Shown piece after piece: positions 28,341 to 37,596 of a stretch of DNA of 44,433 nt. The notes beneath the pieces were generated by a model. The model was not told the origin of the DNA, made no database searches, and saw only the letters and a program-made list of their open reading frames with translations. Numbering within the stretch: the stretch's first letter is position 1; every line of letters begins with the position of its first letter. The translations under genes and the position numbers were made by a program. This DNA comes from Actinomycetota bacterium (GTDB taxonomy: Bacteria > Armatimonadota > SYMT01), in contig SYMT01000216.1 of NCBI GenBank assembly GCA_005805375.1, positions 1 to 44,433 of the forward strand, written 5' to 3'.

Positions 28341-28373
28341 GAGAAATCTTGCCCTCGCGCGTGAAATCCTACA

Positions 28374-29798
28374 GTGAGGCAATCTGAAGTGCGTTCCACG
28401 AGCCGTTTGGTCCCGCTGCCGGCCCTGCTGTTCGCGCTGGCTCTGCTGGTGTCTCCGGCGACTCCTGTGCGGTCGCTGCACGCGCAAGCCCGGCACAGGA
28501 ATGTGCTGATCCTGGTGGGTGATGACCACGGGCGTGACCTCGGCTGCTACGGCGCCCCGGTCCGGACGCCGCACCTGGACAGCCTGGCACGGGAGGGAAC
28601 GCGCTTCGACTACGCGTTCTGCACGGTGTCCAGTTGCAGCCCCAGCCGCTCCGTCATCATGAGCGGGCTCCACACACACGCCAATGGGATGTACGGGCTG
28701 CAGCACGCCGTGCACAAGCAATCGTCGCTCGATTCGGTGCGTGGGCTCCCGAATCTGCTGCGCACTGCGGGCTATCGCTCACTCTGCGTGGGTAAGTATC
28801 ACGTCGCCCCGGAGGCGTCCTACCGCTTCGACGAGTACTCCAACGAGGGTGGCGGACGCAACGGCGCCCGGATGGCGCAGGCGGCGGCCGCGTGGCTCGG
28901 GAAGGACCCGGAGCGGCCGTTCTTGCTCTACATGGGGTTCACCGACCCCCACCGGGGCGCGCGCGGCTTTGCCAACGAGGGCGACTACCCCGGAATGACC
29001 CGGGACCGGTATGACCCTGCCCGGGTCACGCCGCCCCCCTTCCTACCCGACCATCCGGATACCCGCGGCGACCTCGCGGATTACTACGAGTCGGTCGGGC
29101 GCCTCGATCAGGGGGTGGGCCACGTGCTGCGGGTGCTGCGCGACTCCGGGCACCTGGATGACACCCTCATCCTCTATCTGAGTGACAACGGCATCCCGTT
29201 CCCCGGGGCGAAGACGACTTTCTATGAACCGGGGATGCGACTTCCGCTCATCGTTCGCGCGCCGGCGCAGCAACGACGCGGGGTTGTGTCTCGTGCGATG
29301 GTGAGCTGGACGGACGTGCTGCCGACTGTGCTGGCGTACACCGGTACGGCCGGGCCCGCCTACCCGCTCCCTGGGCGCTCCTTCCTCGGTGTGCTGGACC
29401 AGGACAACCCGGCGGGCTGGGACGTGGTCTATGGATCCCACCAATTCCACGAGATCACCATGTACTACCCGATGCGAGTGATCCGCACCCGACGCCACAA
29501 GTACATTCTGAACCTCGCCCACGGCCTGCCGGCCCCGTTCGCCTCTGATCTGTACAACTCCGCGACCTGGCAGGGAGTCCTCCGCCGCAAGGACACGCGG
29601 GTGGGGCAGCGCACCCTGGATGCTTTCCTGCACCGCCCGCGCCACGAGTTGTACGACCTGAAGCAAGATCCGGGCGAAACCCGGAATCTGGCGTCGGATC
29701 CGCTCCTCAAGCCGGTGCTGACCGACCTGCAGACCCGCCTGCGTACGTGGCAGGACCAGACGAAGGACCCGTGGCTGGTCAAGTACACCCACGAGTAG
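28374..29798 (+). CDS. Sulfatase (N-sulfoglucosamine sulfohydrolase-like), secreted
   Basis: Signal peptide; NVLILVGDD; CSPSR formylglycine motif; GKYH; DPHR; SDNG.PFP.AK; ELYDL..DP.E..NLA. Confidence 0.93.
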   Translation: MRQSEVRSTSRLVPLPALLFALALLVSPATPVRSLHAQARHRNVLILVGDDHGRDLGCYGAPVRTPHLDSLAREGTRFDYAFCTVSSCSPSRSVIMSGLHTHANGMYGLQHAVHKQSSLDSVRGLPNLLRTAGYRSLCVGKYHVAPEASYRFDEYSNEGGGRNGARMAQAAAAWLGKDPERPFLLYMGFTDPHRGARGFANEGDYPGMTRDRYDPARVTPPPFLPDHPDTRGDLADYYESVGRLDQGVGHVLRVLRDSGHLDDTLILYLSDNGIPFPGAKTTFYEPGMRLPLIVRAPAQQRRGVVSRAMVSWTDVLPTVLAYTGTAGPAYPLPGRSFLGVLDQDNPAGWDVVYGSHQFHEITMYYPMRVIRTRRHKYILNLAHGLPAPFASDLYNSATWQGVLRRKDTRVGQRTLDAFLHRPRHELYDLKQDPGETRNLASDPLLKPVLTDLQTRLRTWQDQTKDPWLVKYTHE

Positions 29799-29883
29799 TG
29801 ACACTCGGTCGGCAGGGGCCTGTTCCTGGCCTGGTGCGCAGCGCGGGAACTGCGCCGGGTGCTGAACAGCCGGCCTGGTTCGC

Positions 29884-31557
29884 CTAACGGGCTCGCGGTC
29901 CGCCCGGGAGTTCCAGATCGAGCAGTTCCACGGTGGGGATGAACGGGCCATCCCCACGTAGATCCCCGAACACTACCCACTCGCCGCCGTGTCGGGCGCG
30001 CACGAGGCCGAAGCGCTCACCGAGGCGCGCGACGATGCCGCGAAGGTCGTCTCCGCCGATCTGAGGACCAGGACGTTGTGCGCCGACCCCGGCCGGGGAA
30101 GCGGCAAGGCGCAGCAAGGTGGTGCCCGTCAGGGGATCGTGGCGGGCAGCTTCGATGGGCACGCGTCGGATTCGAAGTTCCGGGCCCGGGGTGCGCGTCC
30201 GGCCCGGCGAGGGGGGCTCGATCCGGTTCCCCTCCTGGACCAGATCGGGAGTCTCTGCGGTTACCTGAGCGGTGGTGTGGCCGCGAACCAGGTTGCCCCG
30301 CACGGTGGACGGCTTCAGGTAGTCGGTTGCGCGGTTGCTGTAGAAGATGCCGACCGCACCATTGTGCACGAGTGTGTTCTCGGCCAGCAGCATCCACGAG
30401 TTGCCGCACCCGACGCCGCCTGCCGGATTGGCGAAGAAGACATTGCGCTCGATGCGGGCGCGCCCATCCTTGCTCAGCCGCACCGTGGCGCCGCCGCGGT
30501 GACCCGAAAACAGATTCTCCACGATGTGCGGCTCCGACAACTTCATCGAGTAGATGGCGCCTCCGTCGTCTTCGGCAGAGTTCCCCACAAAGGTGTTGCG
30601 CGCGATCCGGGGAGAGGACTCGTATTCACAGTAGATTCCGCCGGCGTCGCTGTTGCCGCCGGCGCGGTTCTGCACAAAGACGTTGCCCTCAATGTCCGCC
30701 AGGGCATTGGAAAGTGAGATCGCCGCGCCGTTGCTGCTGCGGCCCTGCTTCTTGCGGTCCGGATCCGTGTCTGCGATCCCGGTCCGGTTGCCGATGAAGA
30801 GGTTTTCAGCGATGATCGGAGGGGGGATCTCCTCTCGCGGGCGGACACTCTGGCTGCGCAGCCCGATGGCGCCCCCGCCCCCGACCTCAGTAGTGTTGCC
30901 TACAAAGATGTTCCCCTGAATGCGCGGAGCGGCATAGTTCAGGCAGGCGACGGCGCCGCCTTCCGTCCCGATCTGATGCAGCACGCCCTGCAGGTATCCG
31001 GTCGGTGTCCGCGTGCCGTTGTTCACAAACGTGTTGTTGGTGAGTGTCGGCGACGTGCGATCACACAACAACGCGCCTCCCGGGGTCCGGCTCCGTCCAC
31101 CCCGCAGGACGAACCCATCGAGTCGTGCGTGGTTGGCGCCGATCAGCAGCCGATCTCTCCCGGCCGCGTCCAGGACCGTGCGGAATCTCTGGAGGTCGCG
31201 TTCCCAGCCGGGCGCCGAGAAGCCTCCGAACAGGTCCACGTATGGCCGGAGTGGGAGGGCTACTGTTCGATAGGTCCCGGCCGCTACGAGGACCGCCCAC
31301 CGGCGCTCACTGGTGGCGTTCGCGCGCGTCAGGGCGTACCGCACCGTGGCCCAGGGTCGGGTGCGGGACCCGTCTCCCTGCGAGTCGGATCCCCGGTAGG
31401 GCGCCACGTATCGCACCACTCGGTAGGCGGCCAGGTCCACTGCCCCGGTCCGCGGCCCGAGTGCATCCAGGTCAGCGCCGGAAGGCGGGACGGACGTGGA
31501 TGCGAGCGGCGCCAGCACGCTGAGGAGCGCTGCGATGGAGAGCACGGCATGACGCAT
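29884..31557 (-). CDS. Secreted right-handed beta-helix protein (DUF1565-like N-terminus)
   Basis: Signal peptide; YV...GSD..GDGS...PWAT...AL; VAAGTY; repeated GGAI..(N/S)P.I..N.F..N units. Confidence 0.85.
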   Translation of the reverse strand: MRHAVLSIAALLSVLAPLASTSVPPSGADLDALGPRTGAVDLAAYRVVRYVAPYRGSDSQGDGSRTRPWATVRYALTRANATSERRWAVLVAAGTYRTVALPLRPYVDLFGGFSAPGWERDLQRFRTVLDAAGRDRLLIGANHARLDGFVLRGGRSRTPGGALLCDRTSPTLTNNTFVNNGTRTPTGYLQGVLHQIGTEGGAVACLNYAAPRIQGNIFVGNTTEVGGGGAIGLRSQSVRPREEIPPPIIAENLFIGNRTGIADTDPDRKKQGRSSNGAAISLSNALADIEGNVFVQNRAGGNSDAGGIYCEYESSPRIARNTFVGNSAEDDGGAIYSMKLSEPHIVENLFSGHRGGATVRLSKDGRARIERNVFFANPAGGVGCGNSWMLLAENTLVHNGAVGIFYSNRATDYLKPSTVRGNLVRGHTTAQVTAETPDLVQEGNRIEPPSPGRTRTPGPELRIRRVPIEAARHDPLTGTTLLRLAASPAGVGAQRPGPQIGGDDLRGIVARLGERFGLVRARHGGEWVVFGDLRGDGPFIPTVELLDLELPGGPRAR

Positions 31558-31682
31558 GGGAAGCTCCCGAGCCGCCTGAGGGCGACGGGTCAGGCAAGGG
31601 GAGCGAGGGGTACGAGTGTGCGGCGGAAGGAGCCGCCCCTGCGCTCGCGCAACTGTAGCGCAAACTGCTCGAGGAGAACACC

Positions 31683-32336
31683 ATGTCCCGGTTCGCCCGC
31701 CCGCGCACGCCTTCCCGGTCCACCCATCCGGCGCCCACCGGGCTCGCCCGTACTGCTTGCCTGTTGGGTTCGGGGCGGCAGCTGCGCCTGGTTTCGCTGC
31801 GGGCCGTGGGGGCGCTGGTCCCGGCCGCGCTTCTGGTGCTTGCCTGGGGTGGCGCGGCGCCCGCAGCGGCCATTGTGCCCGACCCGCCTGAGAAGGCCTG
31901 TCGCGCGTTTGTCCAGGAGTTCTACGATTGGTACGCGAAGCGCAGCCACAAGGGCGCCTTCGGAATTGAGGAGGCTCTGAAGGAGCGGCGGCGCGTGTTC
32001 GATGCGGAGTTGGTCCGGCGGCTTCGTGAAGATGCCGCTGCCGCCGCAAAGGCGCCGGGCGAGATCGTGGGTCTGGATTTCGATCCGGTGCTGAACGCAC
32101 AGGACATCGCCGAGAAATACATCGTTGGGGCTGTCCGGCGCCAGGGTGTTCGGTTCCGGGTGGATGTATTCGGCTACTGGAATGGCAGGAAATCTCCCCG
32201 GCCGGACGTCACCCCGGAAGTGCTCCGTGCCGGCAGCCGCTGGGTGTTTACCAATTTCTACTACCGTCGGGACGGGAAGCAGGCGACGAGCAATCTACTC
32301 CAGGTCCTCCAGGAACTGAAGCGCGAGAGGAAGTAG
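31683..32336 (+). CDS. DUF3828-like exported protein
   Basis: FVQEFYDWY, GLDFDPVLNAQD, W...N..Y; hydrophobic signal segment; GAGGAG RBS. Confidence 0.75.
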   Translation: MSRFARPRTPSRSTHPAPTGLARTACLLGSGRQLRLVSLRAVGALVPAALLVLAWGGAAPAAAIVPDPPEKACRAFVQEFYDWYAKRSHKGAFGIEEALKERRRVFDAELVRRLREDAAAAAKAPGEIVGLDFDPVLNAQDIAEKYIVGAVRRQGVRFRVDVFGYWNGRKSPRPDVTPEVLRAGSRWVFTNFYYRRDGKQATSNLLQVLQELKRERK

Positions 32337-32339
32337 CAC

Positions 32340-32415
32340 GGAGGAAGGAGGGCAGAGGAGGAAGGAGGGCAGAGGAGAAAGGAGGAAGGAAGGAGGGACG
32401 GAGGAAGGAGGACAG
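32340..32415 (+). repeat. Purine-rich imperfect tandem repeat (GGAGGAA/GGAGGGC units)
   Basis: GGAGGAAGGAGGGCAGA twice, then degenerate units; nearly all purines over ~76 nt between convergent genes. Confidence 0.8.
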
Positions 32416-32539
32416 TGGCGGCAGGGGAAATGTGTGAGAATCCTGGGTGAACGAGAGAGGAGGTCATCGCTCCTCGCGGTGGCTTTCGGGCTGTGCTTCG
32501 GCGCCACGCACCACCCACCGTTTTCGCCACCACGCTCCC

Positions 32540-33448
32540 CTAACGCGTCACCCCGATCCGTTCCAGCCACGCTTCGCAGAGCCTCGTCCAGGACGCGCAG
32601 GGGTTTCCGTCCTGCCGGACACCGAAACCGTGTCCGCCCTGGTTGAAGATGTGCAGTTCGGCGGAGACCCCGGCCAGCTTCAAGGCCATGTAGAACATCA
32701 CACTGTTCCCCACCTCGGATCCCTTTACGGGGTCGTCGGAGGCGTGCACGAAGAAGACGGGTGGGGCATCCGGCGCCACACGCACGGTGGGTGTGAGTTT
32801 TTGCTCGGCGGGAGGGTAGAAGTACCCGGAATAGGCCATGATGCCGAAGTCGGGGCGGCAACTCACGCGGTCCACATCGTCATGGGGCGCATAGCTGCGC
32901 TGTGCGAAGTTCGTGGCCGTGGCCCCCACCAGGTGCCCGCCGGCCGAAAACCCGACCATGCCGATCCGGTTCGGATCCAGCTTCCATTCAGCGGAGCGGC
33001 TCCGGATGAGGCTGATAGCCCGCTGGGCATCCTTCAATGGTCCGGGCGCCGGCACCCCGAGCGTGTCGCCCGGACGCCTGGGACAACGGTACTTGAGGAT
33101 GATGCCCGTCATACCCAGAGAGTTCAGCCACGCGGCGACCTCCTCTCCTTCCAGGTCCCACATCAGCGCGTGGTAGCCGCCACCGGGACAAATCATGACC
33201 GACGCACCGTTATCTTTTTCCTGCGGCGGCCGGTAGATCGTCAGGGTCGGACGGGTGACGTTGGTCACCCACTTCTGCCACTTGTCGCCGGGCCGCGGGT
33301 CAAGCCACTTCTCCGGCGGGATCGTCTCCGCATGGTCATCAGCCGGAGCTCCAGGCCAGACCGGTACCACCTTCGGCTCCTCTGCGCGTCCCATCGCTGC
33401 CCCTCCCAGCCCGAGCAGTGCTCCCACCAGTGCTGTGCGTCGGTGCAT
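32540..33448 (-). CDS. Alpha/beta hydrolase (carbohydrate esterase-like) with possible Tat signal
   Basis: MHRRTAL..; CPGGGY; GFSAGG nucleophile elbow; DD; GGHGFG. Confidence 0.9.
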   Translation of the reverse strand: MHRRTALVGALLGLGGAAMGRAEEPKVVPVWPGAPADDHAETIPPEKWLDPRPGDKWQKWVTNVTRPTLTIYRPPQEKDNGASVMICPGGGYHALMWDLEGEEVAAWLNSLGMTGIILKYRCPRRPGDTLGVPAPGPLKDAQRAISLIRSRSAEWKLDPNRIGMVGFSAGGHLVGATATNFAQRSYAPHDDVDRVSCRPDFGIMAYSGYFYPPAEQKLTPTVRVAPDAPPVFFVHASDDPVKGSEVGNSVMFYMALKLAGVSAELHIFNQGGHGFGVRQDGNPCASWTRLCEAWLERIGVTR

Positions 33449-33497
33449 TCCCTTCTCTCAGGTCCGTCCGAGCCGCCGATCGGGGCTGCGGGTCCTC

Positions 33498-33525
33498 GTT
33501 CTTCGCCGGACCCGGAAGTTCCTCG
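33498..33525 (-). promoter_or_regulatory. Candidate SigH-like promoter CGAGGA-N18-GAAC
   Basis: 49 nt upstream of the hydrolase start. Confidence 0.5.
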
Positions 33526-33734
33526 ATCCCGCCGGGAAGACAGGGAGGCGGACAGTGGTAGACATGGCGAGGTGTCAGAGGAAACAGGACACCACGGGGT
33601 GAAAGGAAGTATGAGGGAATGAGACGGAACAGGTTTGCTGTCCGGCTGGCCCGAGAACCTCCCGCAGTCGCGCAGACAATCACGCCCTGTTTCCGGTTGT
33701 CTCTCGCACTCGCCCGTCATATGAGGGAACCAGG

Positions 33735-34820
33735 ATGCCCCACTATTGGGTCTACGTCGGCACGAGCACCGGAGAGAAGAGCCGGGGTATCTACCGGTTC
33801 CAGTGGGATTCCAGCACCGGCGCGCCCGTGTCCCCCGTCGAGCTGGCTGCTGAAACCCCCAATCCCACGTTCTTGAACCTCCACCCGAGTGGACGGTTTC
33901 TGTACTCCGTGAATGCGATCTCTGACTTCAATGGGGAGCGCACCGGCGCCGTGAGTGCCTTTGCGGTGGATGCCGCCACCGGGGGGCTCACGCTGCTCAA
34001 CCAGCAGCCCTCGGGGGGTACCGGTCCCTGTCATGTGGTCGTCTCGCCGGATGGGGGCGCCGTGCTGACGGCGAACTACGGCGGAGGCAGTACCGCGTCC
34101 CTTCCGATCGAGGCCGATGGGCGCCTCGGACCTCCCGTCTCGGCGATACAGCATGTCGGGTCGAGCGTGAATCCGCGTCGTCAGGAGGGCCCTCATGCCC
34201 ACTCGGTCAACCTGGACCCTTCGGCACGTTTCGCCCTTACCGCCGATCTGGGCCTGGATCAGGTGCTGATCTATCGATTCGATGCGGCGGCGCATACGCT
34301 CACGCCCCATGATCCCCCGTTCGGGCGCACGGCCGGCGGCGCCGGTCCGCGGCACCTGGCGTTTCACCCGAGCGGTCGCTTCGCCTATGTCATCAATGAG
34401 CTCGACTCCACCGTTACCGCCTTCCAATGGGAATCGGGAGCGGGCACACTCGCTGTGATTCAGACTATCTCTACCCTGCCGAAGGGATTCGCCGGCGAAA
34501 ACTATCCGGCTGAGATCGTAGCGCATCGCGACGGTCGGTTCCTGTACGGATCCAACCGGGGGCACGACTCGCTGGCGATCTTTGCCGTTGACGGCGCCAC
34601 CGGTCTGCTGACTCCCACGGGTCACGCTGCCAGCGGAGGCAAGTGGCCGCGCAATTTCAACTTTGACCCGACCGGCGACTGGGTGCTGATCGGCAATGGG
34701 AGCTCAGACAACATCCGCATTTGCCGCGTGAACCGGCAGGACGGTTCACTGACCCAGGTCGGCGCCGACCTGGAAGTCCCGTCCCCGATTTGTCACAGGT
34801 TCCTGCAAGTCAGTTCGTAG
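33735..34820 (+). CDS. pgl: 6-phosphogluconolactonase (cycloisomerase 2 family)
   Basis: YVGT, NPTFL, GPCHV, ANYGGGS, RQEGPHAH, DLGLD, GPRHL.FHP, YVINEL, SNRGHDS, PRNF. Confidence 0.92.
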   Translation: MPHYWVYVGTSTGEKSRGIYRFQWDSSTGAPVSPVELAAETPNPTFLNLHPSGRFLYSVNAISDFNGERTGAVSAFAVDAATGGLTLLNQQPSGGTGPCHVVVSPDGGAVLTANYGGGSTASLPIEADGRLGPPVSAIQHVGSSVNPRRQEGPHAHSVNLDPSARFALTADLGLDQVLIYRFDAAAHTLTPHDPPFGRTAGGAGPRHLAFHPSGRFAYVINELDSTVTAFQWESGAGTLAVIQTISTLPKGFAGENYPAEIVAHRDGRFLYGSNRGHDSLAIFAVDGATGLLTPTGHAASGGKWPRNFNFDPTGDWVLIGNGSSDNIRICRVNRQDGSLTQVGADLEVPSPICHRFLQVSS

Positions 34821-34906
34821 CGGGATGAGCCGGCGTCCTTCTTCCCGGTTGGGACGAAGGGCTCGGGCGAGCGCGGCTGTGATGCGTCTCGAAGCTGCCC
34901 ACCGCG

Positions 34907-36304
34907 CTAATGCCAGACCTCGCGGATGACGTCCAACTTCTCGTCGCTGAGGTAACCGTAGCGGTTGATCCAGACTCCCTGCACCGGGCTGTCGGCCGCG
35001 AGTTGGAGGCGGCGGCGGAAGTCATCGGTCGGCCCATAGCCGTGGACGAGGGCATACAGCGGAGTCGCGCCGCCGACGGATGCGAGGGCCTGGTTGATCT
35101 TGCGCCGCTGGGGCTCGTTGGGAATGGGGTGCGGAGCGTCGGGTTCAGGGTAGTCGTAGGTGGCGAGAGTCAGACCCGCGGGCTCACCGTCAGTCAGGTC
35201 CATGAGGTTCACCAGTGCGCGCACCAGCAGAGCCTCGTCCAGCCCCGGATTGGCCGCCATCAGGGCATCGCCCCAAAAGCGAACCATCAGGGCCCAGTGC
35301 ATGGTGTAGAGCTTGGCGGAAATGGAGTCGCAATGTTCCGCCGCGCCCTGAAAATCCATGCCGGTGAACAGCGTGTAGGGCGGCATGAACGCATTGGCCG
35401 AGAGTTGTTTGCCCGTACCACCGGCGCTGGTGAGTGCCGTACGCCAATCGCGCAGCAGATCCCGTGAGAGCGCCGCCTTCAGGCGCAGCCACCCGACCAC
35501 TCCGGGAAACCGTCCGAGGTCTCGCAGTAACGTGAACTTCCCACGGTCCGGAGAGGCGAGGTCGGTCAGGTCCGCGTTCGTCAGGTCGCCATGCAGGTAG
35601 TCCCACAGCGCCTGCACATCCCGTCGGATGCCGGCAAAGTCGAAGCCATGCGCCTCGGCCCACGTCTCGACGGGCTTGCCGAAGTCCTGGAACAGCTCCC
35701 CAAACGTGTAGCAGGGATACTCGGGCCAGTCTACTCGCAGGCCGTCCACTTCCGGATACCGCGCGAGCAGATCGTGCGCGTAGGCGCGATTGTAGGCGCG
35801 GATCGCCTCACTGGCCAGGCTGCCGGTATCCGCCATGCGGTTGGAGGGGATGGCGCCGTCGGGCAGCCGCGGTGTGTCCTCCGGGCGCAGTCCAGGGGGC
35901 TGGACGGCGCCCACCTGGAAGTAAACCTGGAGACCCCGCGCATGCGCCGCCTCAAGGAACCAGTCCACGACCGGCCCGTCCCGGTCCGTCAGGTCGTTGG
36001 CGCCTCGAGGACGATAAGGCGTGTCCGCGTACAGGTCGGCGTTCGGGACAAAACTGGGACCACTCCGCACCCAGAGTTCGCGCTTCCCCCAGAGTGGCCG
36101 GTCGAACAGGCGCACACTGGCCCCCGCATCTGCCGGTGGTTGCCACGAGCCGTTTGCGGCATCCCCGGGGGCTGTAACCGTTGGATTGCACGCCACCGCA
36201 CAGGCCCCGGCTCGCCCGGCGATGTTGTCCAGAATTCCCTCGACGCCCTCGTTCAGGACGAAGTCGGTGAGCACGGTGATTCCAAGAAAGCGGTGGGTCG
36301 GCAT
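34907..36304 (-). CDS. Hypothetical protein, possible TIM-barrel glycoside-hydrolase-like fold
   Basis: 465 aa ORF with GAGGAG RBS; YPEVDGLRVDWPEY and WINRYGYLSDEKL look conserved; function unclear. Confidence 0.75.
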   Translation of the reverse strand: MPTHRFLGITVLTDFVLNEGVEGILDNIAGRAGACAVACNPTVTAPGDAANGSWQPPADAGASVRLFDRPLWGKRELWVRSGPSFVPNADLYADTPYRPRGANDLTDRDGPVVDWFLEAAHARGLQVYFQVGAVQPPGLRPEDTPRLPDGAIPSNRMADTGSLASEAIRAYNRAYAHDLLARYPEVDGLRVDWPEYPCYTFGELFQDFGKPVETWAEAHGFDFAGIRRDVQALWDYLHGDLTNADLTDLASPDRGKFTLLRDLGRFPGVVGWLRLKAALSRDLLRDWRTALTSAGGTGKQLSANAFMPPYTLFTGMDFQGAAEHCDSISAKLYTMHWALMVRFWGDALMAANPGLDEALLVRALVNLMDLTDGEPAGLTLATYDYPEPDAPHPIPNEPQRRKINQALASVGGATPLYALVHGYGPTDDFRRRLQLAADSPVQGVWINRYGYLSDEKLDVIREVWH

Positions 36305-36324
36305 GGTTGGCTCCTCGTCTGAGA

Positions 36325-36352
36325 GTTCTCCTCCGGCGAGGGCTCGTCCTGT
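36325..36352 (-). promoter_or_regulatory. Candidate SigH-like promoter ACAGGA-N18-GAAC
   Basis: 20 nt upstream of the 36304 start, just before the RBS. Confidence 0.5.
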
Positions 36353-36484
36353 TTTCCGTACGGCCCTGATCGAGCAGGCGGACCGAGCGTGGGCGGTGAG
36401 GATGTAACCCGTGCGCCGGCTCACGCATCTAATTCCTGGCGCCGCGAGATTTCAACACGGCGCCCACAGTCCCGGAGATGACTC

Positions 36485-37321
36485 ATGCGCCGCGTGTTCT
36501 GCCTTATCCTGCTTCTCCCCGCCGCGTTCTTCGTGGGACGGACGCCGGCCGGCGCCGAACCGCGGGCGCCGAAGCCCACGCCAGTGGGTAAGACGGTGCT
36601 GGGAGTGCTGCCGCTGCCGGAGGGGGAGCGTGGAGCCAGACGCTCGTCCGACGAATTGGTCAACCGACTGGAGACGCGGGTGGACCGGCTGGAGGCCGAA
36701 CTGCGCGAGATCCGGGCACTCATCGCCGAACTGCGGCGTACCCGAACGCAGCAGCCGGAACGCTCCTTGATTCCGCCTCCGGCCGTCCCGTCGAAGCTGG
36801 TGCGGGACTATCAGTTCGCGAAAACCCTCGCCGACACGACCAACCAGGGGCCCGTGCTCACGGCGCTGAACGGTTCAGTAGCCACTGCCTCGTACGAGTT
36901 TGCCGCCGGGAACGGCCTCCGGTTAGACCATACAGGCGTCACGGACCACTACACGCTCGAACTCACTTTTCGTCTGGACGAGGTCGAAGGATGGCGCAAG
37001 ATCGTGGACTTCCGCGGTCGGGAAGAGGACGCCGGCCTCTACGTCTATGAGGGTCAATTGCAGTTCTACGGTCACGAAACGGGTGGCCGGATTGAGCCGG
37101 GCAAGGACTACCAGATTCGTCTGGAACGGGATCGGACCACGCGTGCCGTGCGTGCTTCCATCAACGGCGTCCCTGCTCTCCAGTTCGTGGATACGGAAGG
37201 GACTGCCGTGTTCGCGGGCGGAGTCGGTTACTTTTTCATAGACGACACCAGCACAGATGGCGCCGAGGCATCGGGCGGTTCTCTGAAACGGCTTCGGATC
37301 TGGGACGGGCCTCAGAGGTGA
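36485..37321 (+). CDS. Secreted protein with coiled coil and LamG/ConA-like domain
   Basis: Signal peptide; heptad LETRVDRLEAELREIRALIAEL; YTLELTFRLDEVEGWRKIVDF...GLYVY.G.L.FY. Confidence 0.75.
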   Translation: MRRVFCLILLLPAAFFVGRTPAGAEPRAPKPTPVGKTVLGVLPLPEGERGARRSSDELVNRLETRVDRLEAELREIRALIAELRRTRTQQPERSLIPPPAVPSKLVRDYQFAKTLADTTNQGPVLTALNGSVATASYEFAAGNGLRLDHTGVTDHYTLELTFRLDEVEGWRKIVDFRGREEDAGLYVYEGQLQFYGHETGGRIEPGKDYQIRLERDRTTRAVRASINGVPALQFVDTEGTAVFAGGVGYFFIDDTSTDGAEASGGSLKRLRIWDGPQR

Positions 37322-37472
37322 CCTCAACCGGTAGTCCCGGCGGGGTAGCAGCGGCGACCGGTCGGCCCCGGTTTTCTGAACAGCAGCCGCATTCTCAGCC
37401 CCCAGTTCGCCGCGTACCGGACGCTCCGCCGACCTCAGCCCAACGCCTCCGGGGAGTATGCCCAAACGACCC

Positions 37473-37510
37473 CCGGGCGAATCAGGTTGCTGATTCGCCC
37501 GGAGTGTTTT
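37473..37510 (+). terminator. Hairpin/terminator
   Basis: Perfect 13-bp stem CCGGGCGAATCAG-GTTG-CTGATTCGCCCGG followed by AGTGTTTT. Confidence 0.65.
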
Positions 37511-37596
37511 CGTGTCCTGCGCGGCGGGTATCCTGAAAGTACTCGTCCGGTGCGGGCGGCCAGTCCCGCGCGCACGCTCCCGTTTCAGGATCACAG

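Noticed and set aside
29884-32100. 738-aa version of the beta-helix protein
   Set aside because: The extension overlaps the divergent DUF3828-like gene. The signal peptide and RBS place the start at 31557.
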